Source: Nageia nagi
Taxonomy: Eukaryota > Plantae > Pinophyta
Reading direction: 5' to 3'
Assembly: GCA_050084985.1 (NCBI GenBank)
Contig: JBITNC010000002.1
Span: 10,602,001-10,666,000, forward strand
Length of the DNA stretch: 64,000 nucleotides
Below are positions 1 through 12,600 of the stretch, piece by piece. The first letter of the stretch is position 1. Every line of letters starts with the position of its first letter. The notes beneath the pieces were generated by a model. The model searched no databases. It saw only the letters and a list, made by a program, of their open reading frames with translations, and had not been told where the DNA came from. Both the position numbers and the translations under genes were made by a program.

Positions 1-6
1 AAAAAT

Positions 7-11
7 AACAA

Positions 12-53
<42 letters not shown>

Positions 54-60
54 TCATCAT
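7..60 (+). repeat. (AAC)n/(ATC)n microsatellite
   Basis: aacaacaac...atcatcat seen directly. Confidence 0.95.
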
Positions 61-471
61 AATGTGAAAAGAGTTTTTTCCTTTGCCTTATATGGACTTG
101 AGAATTTTAATTTTGAATTCACCTAGGTGGATCCCCTTAGGCTGATGTGCACATAAAATCATATTAAATTATAGGATTTTCTGTAAATTAAGTTAGGATA
201 GCCCAAAGTGGGCGAAAATTGGCATACTGATAGAAATCAGGCAATTCACTTAAATAATGCCCTTTTAGATAATTGACATGCAATTTTAAGTGTCTATAGT
301 TGTTAATGAACATTAATACAAACATTTTGTTCATTTGTGTTGGACAAACTCTGTATACAATCATTATATTTGCTAATATTATCAATATGTTTACCTTATG
401 TTGTATAATTTTAGATTGAGAGAAATCAACTGTTTGTTCCAATACTAATGAATGGGCATTTCGGCAGTCAG

Positions 472-644
472 GTTATAGCTTTAGAGGAAGATAATCATTT
501 TGAAATGCGGGATTACAATGTCGATGTACTAAATGAGGATACTGATTTTGAAAAACAAGAACTTTGTCAAAAAGAGAAGCTTTATCCTATTTATCCATCA
601 AAAGGTGATTTAGATCGAAAATATGTTGGAGACTGCATTAACAG
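472..644 (+). CDS. RECG1: RECG exon A (VIALEEDNHFEMRDYNVD...LYPIYPSKGDLDRKYVGDCIN-R, ends in phase 2)
   Basis: Acceptor tcag|GTT, donor AG|gtagga; YPIYPSKG motif following the wedge domain. Confidence 0.88.
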
Positions 645-3600
645 GTAGGATAGCTAGAAAAATGATATTCAATCATTGTTTTGTTTTTGAAAAAAGTAAA
701 GTTGAACAAATAAGATTGAATTTTTTTATAGAAGTTGAAGTTCGAATTAGATTGCATATGCTTTATCTTTTTTATTTTACAATGTTAATATTTTAATTCT
801 TTTTATTCCTGTATGAATAAAGTTTTCAGATCAATCCATAGTAAGAGGAATATATGTTTTAAAGTAAAATCAGGGGTAACTTCATATCTTCAAGGTAAGG
901 TAGGCTTTATCTGTTTGGTAATTTTCCTAGAAGCTGTCTGTCATTTTAATAGCCTTAGAAGAGGGAGAATATTTTTTCTAGTTTGATATTGGAATTTTAG
1001 GCCAGGAGGGCAAGGGTTTGCATGGACAAAAAGTGCAAGGTTAACTTCTTTTTCATGGTCTTTAGTTGCAAATTGCAACATATTAGTTTTAAAAGCTACT
1101 CTTTATTACGTCAAGAGGAATAACCTACAATGGGAGTTGAGAGAGGGGAAACCCTTGCAACAATGCTATCAAGTTAGCGAGCATGAAAATATTGTATAGG
1201 GATATAAAAATATAAAGTTTAAACATTTTATATTTATATACTATATATTTCAAATGTTAAGCCTACCAAAGCACAGATTTTTCAATGTACATGACATATT
1301 TGAAACTGATGCTTTACGTATTTAAACGACAATGTAAACATAATTAGCAATATCGATCAAATATAGTAATTAAGTAAATGAAGATCTTCTACGCTTCTTA
1401 CACCATCTAATGTTCAAGATATGTAATTATAAGATATCTGAACTAATTTTCTGTGTGTATCCAAAATGGTTGAATGTACTATATCTACTATCATTGAGTG
1501 CTTCTTGTTGTGTCATTGACCTTTCTGTAGGTTAATTATATTGTCATTAAGCTATTATCTATTCATGTACTGGTATGGGCTTGCGTAATATACTATATTA
1601 TTGTGTATTATTTTAGAGTTTGTTGCATTAATCAGTCTGACGTTGCAATGTTCGAGATTGCTTGAAATTAATGGTGCCCATAAATAGTAGAACCTCTAAG
1701 TTTTCACAATAATAGTTACAATTGTTATAGTTAACCCAATTTCAAAGTTTTTTGTCAATCTTATTGCATGTTTCAGATTTTAGAACTTATCAACATCATG
1801 ATTATCAAACATCAAAGGTATGATGCAATATTTTTTTATTTATTTCTATCATCACAGTTATTGTTATAGAACACAATTTGATATTGAAAAAATTAGAATT
1901 TTTACTAATCTTTTCAAAATTTGCTACAATACAATGATATGTAGTAGATAGCAAGAGCCTATAGTTCTCGCCCTCTTCCTCATCCATATTTTCCCTAGGT
2001 CATAATGCGTGAGACAATGTGTATCACACAAACATATCCATCATACTCCTAAGGACAATCCCTATGTGAAAGTCCTCTTGGTACCTTGAGAGGGATGCAT
2101 GTTTTAATGGCCCTTGTAGTACACCAAATTCCCCTTAGTTTGTCATAGCTCAATCAATAGAGCTTCAAACCTTGCCTTTTTTGCCAAATAAGTAGTCCAA
2201 TTATTCTCTAGATGGGGCATACGAGCCCTAGCCAAGTCCTCTACCTCATGCCTAACAACCTCCATTTGTAGTTGTTGCACCTGTAAGGTCAACTATAACT
2301 ACCTACATCTTGGTCTCACATCCTCTCTCTCTATTCATCTAGCTCAACTCATAGTTCCTTGCTACGCTGTCTCTCCTAGACACACCTATCATGCAGTTCG
2401 ATCATTGGGCCGAACACATTGTTATGTTGCTCGCTTTACATTACAAATTTTGCCTGCATTTCATCTCCTGTGAGCACCATTGTGGTGGTATCTGTTGTGC
2501 CCGTGCAACACACCCCAAGATGCAGCATTTTGGGGACCCTGTTTTTGCAAAGGCAATGATGTGCATTGCCTTGAGAGTGGCTTTTAGGCGATGGATAGTT
2601 TAGTCTGAAGAGTGAAAACATGATATTAGGGAGTAGTTCAAGGAGATCATGCGACAAAGAGCCTGAAGAGTATCAAAGTATCCAGCTGCCAGTTTTGCAG
2701 CCAAGGAACCAGGATCTGAGAGCTATTAACATACCACGAATTTCTTGGCTCTAAGATGGGGTCAATGAGGATGGGGCTGTCTTGGCAAGATTGAGCAACA
2801 TAGGTGCCAAGATAACCAAAGGTCCGTTTTTCATCAAGTTTGAGGCCGAGAGTAGTGGATATAGTTAAGATAACGCAAATGCGCATTTTTGTACAAATTG
2901 AGTCCGGAAAGGGCATCTATAGCCAAAAAGAGCGTTTTTGTCAATTTGGAGCCCAAAGAGCCAGAAAATGGTCTGTAGCACGGAAAAGTGCGTTTTGGTC
3001 GATTTTGAGCCTTGGAATGGTCAGTGGAGTAGAAATGTGTGTTTTTGCGCAATTTGAGCCCGAAAAGCTCATAATTGACCAAAATTGCAAGATTGAGCTA
3101 AAAAATGCTCAGAAATGAGCATTTTCGTATATCTTAAGTGTGGAAAGGCCGAAGATGTAGACTTTGAGCTCGAAATGCTGGAAACACCACAAATGATCGT
3201 TTTCTCACCGTTCAAGTTTGGAAGTGTTCGGAAAGCTCGAAATGGTCGAAATTCATACTTAAAGCTTGGAAATGGCCAGAAATACACCGTTTGACCCCAT
3301 AAAGGACAGGAAAGGTCAAGAATGTGCAATATAGCTTGAGATGAATAAGGAAAGCAAGTTTGAGCACCCTTGAGGGGTAAAATCAGAAAATGAGCATTTT
3401 GGTGTCCGAGATGGTTTGGGTTGAGCTCAAAAAGTGAGTTTTTCCAAAGTGCTTGAAATGAAAATCTGAGAGATAGAGGTGTGGTGCCAAATGACAAATT
3501 AAGGCCACTCTACTCTTGGAAATTTTGAAAAAACTCGAGTTTTGACCCCTGAAAATTTAGGGGGGAGTTTTGTGAGTTTTCCCTCAGTCAAATTTCGAAA

Positions 3601-6600
3601 AATGGCCTATTCTTTTCAAAACATGTGCCTACCTTTTGGAGGGCCTAGATTGATTTAAAATGGCGATTTTTGAGCTCAAGAGTGGGGGATCGTGATTCTA
3701 CATCAAATTGGTCTTTCAAGTTCGCGATTTCGACTAGTTTTGCTCCATCATAAGTGAGAAAAACAGAAAATGAGCAAAATGACAGCCAATAGGAATGCTC
3801 CATTTTTTTCCAAAATTTCAAAAATGCAAAAATGAAAATCCAAGGATGAGGTAGGATGCCAAACCCAATTTTAGGCACTTTTCCTCTTGGAATTCTCGAA
3901 AAAAACAAAAACACCCCTCAAAAAGCTAGGAGCTGATTTTGGCATGTTTCCCATGTTTTGTTAAATTTTAAAAATGGCCTAAACACCCTAAAACCTGCGC
4001 CTATCCTTCTTGTGCCCCAAAATTGCTAAAAATTGAAAATTTCGATCTTCATGGGGTATAGAATGGGATTCCACACAAGATTGATGATTTGAGTGTTCCA
4101 AAAAAATGAGATTTCCTCAAATCATCAAAATTCGATTGGCCAATGAAAGGGCTTCAAAATATTTCTAAATTTTTCAAAGTTGGTCAAATCAAAAAGAAGA
4201 ATGAGGTAGAGTGGCAAATCAAATTGTAAGTAACATTGCCTCTTGCAATCTTGCAAAAATATCAAATTTTGCCCCTCAAAAACCTAGGCGACAGTTTTGA
4301 GACTTTTCCCTCATTTTCCATTTTTTCCAAAACTTGCCTAATTCTTTCAAAACTTGTGCCTAGCTTGCAAGGGCCTATTTTTGCTCAAAAATCGAAAAAT
4401 TTGGTTCTAGGTGCATGGGAAATCCAATTTTGCATCTCATTTATGTTTTAAGTTTTTGGCAAAAAGTTGATATACTCCCTCAAAATCCCAAAATTTGGAT
4501 CAGCCAATGGGAGAGCTCTAAAATTTTCCAAAAATTTCAAAACTTCTCAAAATCAAAATTGGAATGAAGTAGGGTGTCAAATTCAAAGGAGATCAACATT
4601 GCCTCTTGCAATGTTGCAAAAAAATCAAGTTTACCCCCTCAAAAAGCTAGGCGGCAGTTTAGAATTGTTTCCCTCATTTTTCAAATTTTCCAAAAACATG
4701 CCAAGACCCTCAAAACCAGCGCCTAGCATGCAATGGACTTAAAAGTTGTCAAAAGTGTAATTTGTGAGCTTCATGGGGTGCAAAATTCAACTCTACACCA
4801 TTTTGGTCTTCCAAGTGCATGATTTGGACAAGAAAAACTCTTCAAATCATGGATTTGCCCTCCCAAAATGGAGAAAATCAGAAAAAAGAGAAAACTTCAA
4901 ATCTTCAAAATTGTGACTCAAGATCCAAAATTTTAGAAATCAATTTTGATGATTCATTTGAGTACCCATTTCCATTGTGAAGAGAAGTGATTTGGATTCA
5001 AAAAAGTGAAGAAAAACACAAAAAATTCTCAAGATTCGAGATCTAAAGGCTGTAAATCTTCACTTAAAAAAAAAAAAAATTGGAGATCATGTGTGGAATA
5101 AGGATTCAAGCACTTTGGCCTTTGAAATTTTTGAAAAAAGAGGAAAATCATGTCCAAAATACCTAGGCCCTCTTTTTCCAAGTTTTCCCACCTTTGGCCT
5201 TTCTTCTCAACATTGGGAATGAGTGGAAAACTCCAAAAATGCAAAAATACCTTATGGAGCCTCGAAAATGCTCCCTCATGAAAAACCCTCAAATTCAATG
5301 CAAAAAGGCTCCAAATTCTCTCAAAACTTCCCAAGAACCTTAAAATCCCATACTTCATCCATCCATGAGGTTAAATCCACTTTTTAAAATTTTTACAAAT
5401 TTTGGACCCCCAACTTTTCCGAAAAATAGACTAGAAATTCACTATTTCTGAAAGTTTTGTTAAAATTCCTTCAAAATTTGCTAGAACGATCACATCAAGG
5501 GCAAATCCAAACTGAAGAAAGAAGGAGCTCAAAAGACTGACGAATAGATCCAAAACGGCGATTTCAAGCTTCAAATTTTGCTAAATTGATGCAAAACGCC
5601 TCAAAATCCATGTTGAAGGACATCAATTTTTGTAAATATTTTATTTCAAGCATATTTTAGTTGGATGAGACTGTTCTCCCACTAAAATGATATTGTAATC
5701 TCAATTTAGCATTCAAATTAGCATTTTAGTGTTTTTCTAGAAATTTGGGCAATATTTGAGAATTTGACCTAATTTTGCCTATAAATAAGTGGCATGGGGT
5801 CTCATTTTCACCAGAGCTCATTTTGTGGAAAAAGCAAAACTTTTGTAAAAGAGGAGCAAATTGATGTATCCTTCAACAACTCTTTTATAAGTTAATACAA
5901 AGTGGTTAAGGTAAAGATTGAGCTTGTTTATCCATTTGTGGTGTTGTGAATTGTTTTTTAAGAATTATCATTGCTCGTTTGACACTTTCAACTCCTTCAT
6001 TTGAAAACTCGAGAGTTTTAGGGAATGTATCATTGCTTTATTCTTTAAAGTGTTCAAAATCAGTCTTTGATAATTGCTTGGTTCATAGCACACACTAGAT
6101 GAGGTATTCTGAATCTGTTTCATGTTTTATGACATCAAACTAGAGGTTTACATCGAAACTCTTGTTCTTCCCACGTTCTTCCACCACGTCCATTTGATTG
6201 CTCGCAATCAGCATTCCTCCCTGCTCCTCTTTGGAATAACTCGAACATAGTTGTTTGTTCGCAAAGCTGGATGAATTGGATGAAATCTCTAAATTGATCC
6301 AAAAAGGATGAACTTTTTAGACAATGCTTCATCGTGGTGACTCGTTTGGTATTTGACCAAGTATCCATTTCCATTTCACAAGTGTAGTTTCTCACTTTAC
6401 AATATTTTATTTATGCTTTCAAAACCAAATACAATCATTAAGTCCACACATAGATATTTTGAATAAACTCTATACATCAATTAAAACAATGTTGGTTAAC
6501 ACATTGCTGCCTCTCATTCCATTCCATTGAGGCTAAGTCCAAAGATGGATACCGCACTTTTATTTATCTATCCCTTTTCATAAAACACACCTAGCGAACA

Positions 6601-9600
6601 TACCTTACAACGTCACAACGTTGGGGTCGCTGGGCAAGGTGTTTCAACAAGAGCCTTGGAGGTACCCAGTCCTTTTCAAAAGGTTGAATTGGTAATGCAT
6701 TCCCAACTATGTTGTTGGGCAGCTTGTAATTGCTACACACAATTTTCAGAGGGTTGCCGCGGGAAAGAAAACCATCCCGACAGTATCTAAAATGAGAGAT
6801 TGCCGATCGCTTCTTGATGCTAGTTGCGAAAACAAACTTGATAAACTTAGCATTCAAATATTCGTTATGCTTTTTATCACTTACCCTAGGGGTACTAAAT
6901 TACTTACATGGATTAACCTCTTGCCATGTCCTGCCTAGTTGAGCCACAAAACAAGACTACATGCTCAACACTGTTGGATATCCTATAAGATCTTTATCAC
7001 CTATTAGGCTCTTGAAAAATACCCTAGTCATTAGATCTTTATTGTTGGTGAAGTTTGAGTATGTGTTGTCAATCTTTTTTTGGCAATTTTAATATGCAAT
7101 TCTTGAACATAAAGGTTTTCTGATGCATTTGTATGAAACCATGTGATTCAAACTAGCACCTTTTGTATTCTCTACTCTTGTAAAGTTTGTTGGGCTTCGT
7201 TAGACAGTCTTGTTTGTTCTATTGATTGCATCTTAGATTGCTCCCTAAGTTGTTCTATGTTTACGTTTATTTTGGCAAAAACTCATTTTTCTTTCTTTGT
7301 TTTCATTGGAGCATCAATAAATTCTATCAATTCAATGCATTGTTCTTCAAGGTATAATTTTTCGAATTCAAATCATTTCTTTTCTTTTCTCCATTGTATG
7401 GAATTCATTATGGTTATTTCTCGAACATCCATTTCGTCTTGTGTTAATCTTTCAAAACTGAAAATTGGTGTATCACCATCTTGAGTTTATAGGGAAGTAA
7501 AAGGTAGATTTTGATGTTGCTATATCCTTGGTCTTAACGGTTGTGATGTTACTCTCTTTTTTGTTTTTGTTACCAATTGAAGTTTCTTTTTTTTGGTAAA
7601 TAAATTTTTTATTATCACGAAAGGATTGCATGGAAGTTTATTGTAAATACAAAAGGCACACAATGATTGAGCTAAGAAACCTACACACAAACAAAGCAAA
7701 ACAAGAAAAAAGAGTACTCAAGAATACAAAACGCGAGTGTTCTATAATGATTGTAGAAGAATAGTACACATAGAAAGAGCCATGAGCAAGAGAGAAAAAC
7801 TCTTGAAGATAATTTCGGGTTTGTTGATTGAAGCATTCACTTCATTTGTGATTTGAATCAGCCATGGCATTAGATTTCAAACCATTACTGTGCCCTTGTG
7901 TTCCATTTGGTAAACTACTTGAGATTATTTCACTTTCTTTGGGTCCAAGAGGTCATCGAGTTGGAATTGGGAACCTGTCTCAATGCCTTGATTTGTTTTT
8001 TGCTATAGAAATTCTTGTATTGTTTTGCATCCTCTTTTTTATATGAGTATTTTCATGGTTTATCTTAAGAGGATTTGGAGTATGTTTGGATGCTTGGGAT
8101 TTATAATTTGATCTAGGAGCTGGTGTTGGAATGAATATGGCGGGAGTTGCTTGACAACCTAGTGATGGAATTCCCAAACACATGAAGTCCTTGATATGTT
8201 GATCCATTCCTTTTCTAGGCTGAGAGGAGATATGAGGTGGGCTTTGGGGGCATTGAGATTGGCTCCTGAGGGTTGAGAAGGGGGATCCATTTGTTGATGG
8301 GAAGAGGTTGAGTTTGGACCTTGATCAGGGTTAGTTGTTAACGCGGCTGAAAATCTACTGTCAATGTCTTTATAAGGTTGGAGGTAGTGGAAGTTATTGG
8401 ATTCTTTGAGGATTGGGGGAGAGGTGTTTTGCGAAAAGAGAGGGGGGGCTTACTTTTGGTGGTTGGAAGGTTTCAAGAGGTGTGAGGGGGAAGGTATGGG
8501 CAAGATGACCATATTTATGACATTGTCCAAATATCATTGGAGTGAGGACTTGGCACATTCTCATGCTTGGGTGGTATTTGGAACATTTTTCTATTGGTTT
8601 GTGGAAATTTGTGGCTAGAAAAAAGTCATAAAAAGATGAGTCATCTTTGGGAAGGTACAACTTTTGATAGAGATTTCTAATTGAGTTGATTCTTTCTTGG
8701 TTGGATAGTGCTTGAAGATATCTTTCCAACGATTATATGCATGCCTACCTTTGTTGAAGACTTGGCTAACATCCAAGATGTTTTCCTCCAAACTGTCTTT
8801 TTCAGGGAAGCTGATACACTAGCGCCAATGCCACAACCAACGCCCATGCTAGTCTTTCTGAAGATTTTGGGTGCAGTATTTTGTATTTGATCTGTTTGGC
8901 ATGTCAATATATATATATTCTACAGACCAAGTATTACTTAAGAAGACCAACATTAATGTTGGATAAGACCCAACACCTGACCTGAAACAGAACACGTACT
9001 AATGGAAGCTGAAGTGGTTTAGGTCGTTTTGAAGCATTATGGAAGTTGGAGAACTTTTGGGAACTTGAAGGGACATCGATTTCGAATCCGTTTATCCTCT
9101 AGTGAGTTTATAAACAATCCAAGAGGATACACAAGAAGCATAGGAGATAAAATGACCTAGTGGAGAATTCTTATTGTATTCCCACTAGCAGAACCTATTG
9201 CCATTGTTGGTTGTAGACTGTTGGAGACCAAAATATAGGAATAGAAAAGCAGAACCTGTAGCCATTATTGGTTGTAGACTGTTAGATCCATTTCATTTCC
9301 ATGTTGTAATATTGGTTAAATGATGGGCAAATGATGGTTGCCCTACCCTGAGGCATCCATAGCGGTTTGCAACTTTGAATCCATCCAGTGGTATTCCGGA
9401 ACTACATTCGATCTCTTCGTCGGGAGCTAGCTTGTGAGGGAGTCCTTCAGTGTGGCATCCACAAATTTGGTAGAGTGTGGTTGTTCTACAATGGTTTCGG
9501 TAGCAATATTCATCCTTGCACAATGGTGTACCCTAGTTGGCTCCTTGGAGGCCAATGTTGAGCCCTTTTGGTCATGGTATTTTATTGATCTCATCATTAT

Positions 9601-12600
9601 TTATTACTCCAGCCGTGGCACATTTGGATCTCACTTGTTGTCTCATATTATGATGTGTTGATGCTATTTTACTCCTCTTGGTGTGATGTCATAATTCTTG
9701 GATTGTTATTGATGCGTTATGCTTGATAAATATGTTCCTAAGGGTAACGTTGGCTTGTAGAAGAGGTATTTTGATTGAAGGGTGCATCATTGGGTTTTCT
9801 GGCTTATTGTTTGATTTATTTGATGCCCTAGATTAGTTCGTGGTATGCTTGGATGCCCAGTTTGATATTTATTTGATATTTGCTTGGCTAATTTTCACGT
9901 TGAGAATATTTGGGATTCTACATCTCAAGACTTGGAGGTTCAAACTTTTAAGATTGAAATTGGGACCATTGGGGTAGGGCAAATCAAATAGATCATCGAA
10001 CTCACCAAGGAACTGGAGGAGAGCCAAGAGAAATAGAGCCTTGAAGGAGAAAGCACACCTCCCAAATCATATCATCTTCAAGACAAGGTGGTCGCAGAAT
10101 AACAAAGGCATCCTCAATATGCGAATGATGAAGGTGCCAAGCCAAGTGTTGTCGAAGCGAGGAAGATGGACCAGTCTAAGTGTACCTGCGAAACATGAGG
10201 GTGTGGTGCTGTTGTTGCAACAATTTTTACTTTATTTTATTTATGGCAATTTTATTTCAAATTTGGATTTCAAAGACTTGTTAAATTTGGTATAGCCTTG
10301 TGACATATGAGGATTTGCTCGCACAAGTGTTGGAATAAATCTTGTAATGTCACGTGGCAGAATTTCATTGTACTTATTTTAATTTTCATGAAATTTGCAT
10401 TAGGATTAGGGAAACACTTAGGGTTGCCATGAAAACTATTTATACCCTTTGGATGCTCATTTGGAAGGGGATGGAATTTTTGGAGAATGGACAGAAACAT
10501 TTGCTAATAGATGAGTAGAATAATTCTTTCTATCAAGTACTTGTCTATGGTGAATGTGGCATGATCTTTTAAGTTAAATTGCACAACTCCATTTCTTTGT
10601 GACTATGAGCTTTGGCATGTAGTGTTATCATTGGTGTGTGTTACTTAGATGCTTGGAAAATTTTGCGAACTTATTGAGAGATGGGTAAAAGAATGATTGA
10701 TTATCTTTTGAAGTGTTAAATGTAATGCATAGTTAATGATTTTTTATGTTATGCAACTAGGCTTGTATAATATTGAAGTGTGTTCTCCTATGACGTTGAA
10801 CATGAGAATTTCATCCACTTGTTAAAGGTGCTATCCATGCCACAACCAACACCATTACTCCCTTAGATGCATGCTTCGTCCTCTAGACCATTTGTGTTGT
10901 TGGCTAGTGTGAGAGGATTTATCCTTCTTCTAGACCATTTGTGTTTTTGGCTACTTTGAGAGGATAGATGAATGCGTGAAACTCATAACGAACCTAGAGG
11001 AACTTGATATTCAGACATTGTACGCATCGTTGGAGATTGATATAAAGGGCTGAATGCATATGCCTTGAGCCATTTCCAAATTTCCTCCTACACCTTTTCT
11101 TTTATTTTACATTTTCTTTTTGCAGCTTTTCGCACCCCTTTTTAGTTATAGCATTTGAGAAACAACCCTTGTCTAGGCATCGAGGCAATCCGAGTCCTTG
11201 ATTAACAAATTTTATTTGAGTTGGTAGCAGCTTCAAACATCCTAGCCAGTATCCGAGTCCTGTTCTTGCATGTCCATCCAATTGACCTTTGAGGTAACCT
11301 GTCCTCATAGCAGGTAGGGGTAAAGCCCTTCCATCTAGGTGTTGGTTTCTTTGAGAGCCTTGCAACTTATTTGCCCATTTGCAAGGTAGGAAAGAAAAAC
11401 TACTGAACAAGGGGGTTTGCCATCATTTCACTTTGTTTTCTTTTGAATTCCTTCATCTGATTAAAATCAGCTAGGTTTGCAATACATTCTCTTTCAACAT
11501 CAACAACCACATGGTTGCAAGGTCTTACATTTTCCCCTCTTTTCTTGGCTAGATGATTTTTTAGTTGGAATATGCCTATAGTCATTTGTTGATTATAAAA
11601 ATTGGAAATTATATCTCCCTTTTATCCCCCTCTGTGCCATACTTCTATATGACGTCTTTCATTCAGAGTGGTGGGCCTCCTTGTGACATTATCCTGCACA
11701 TAAACATCAAACAAGCAACCAAAAAAGATCCGATTTCTCTTGCAATTCTAGCAATGGTACTTGTATTCTAGTATTCCACCAACAAGTTATGTAGGCTGAC
11801 CCAAATTGGAATTATATTGAGGTTCTCTGTTTTCAATCTAAACCCCTTATGCTAGTGCTTAAGGACCAACCCCTTCCTTCCCAAAAACCAAGTTTCTAAC
11901 TCAAGAACATTCTCTATGTATTCACCATTATTGAACTTGAATAGCAAGAATTCCTCAAGAAGCACAACCAATTTTACTTGTCCTTTTGTCATCCATTTCT
12001 TTACTATCCATATGTGAATTATGTCCAAGCGTTGTATGATCCTGACAAATCTTCCTATGAAAGTGTTCTTGTGCGTGTTTGTTTCAACATTTACGATTGC
12101 TTTTCGGATTGTTATACAAGCTTTATTATCTATTATCTTTGTGTCTAGATCGATCTCGACCTCTTCCTCTATCTTTGTTTCGAGATCGATCTTGACTTCT
12201 TCCTCTATCTTTGCCACGTCTCTAGTAACCACATTCTCCCATTCATTTGGTGGTTTGGGAGCTAATCCGTACCTTCCGTTCAACATTGTTGCTTGCGTAG
12301 GGCCGACCATTCTCAGTGAACAACTCCTCCTATTGCGAACCGTCGGATCCCTGCAACTTCGTGAAGGTCCTTGCGGTTCCCCCATGTGGGCCTTTACAAC
12401 CCCTTTGCCTACAAGCTCAGCATCACCAATACTCGTTATTGTACCCTAGCCTTCGCAGCGTAAGACTTTTGGTGTTGGCATTGATAATGTTACATAATAT
12501 CATGCATCTCACGTTTTTGGCCATGATTTATTCTATTAATTTCATAACGTTTTTATATTTGAATTGAAAAGTTAAAATATTGAGAGTTTGTGTATTAATT

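Noticed and set aside
2815-3420. CRISPR-like repeat-spacer array
   Set aside because: Repeats are short and degenerate with irregular spacing, lie inside a plant LTR, and no cas genes are present.
2391-6857. Short ORFs in the ORF track within the 4.3-kb LTR (and 17210-20174)
   Set aside because: F/K/L/S-rich translations of A/T-tract repeats on both strands with no domain motifs.
9188-9291. Short tandem duplications (also 10884-10965, 28393-28485, 51550-51780)
   Set aside because: Two-copy local duplications within decayed TE or intron sequence; no further structure.
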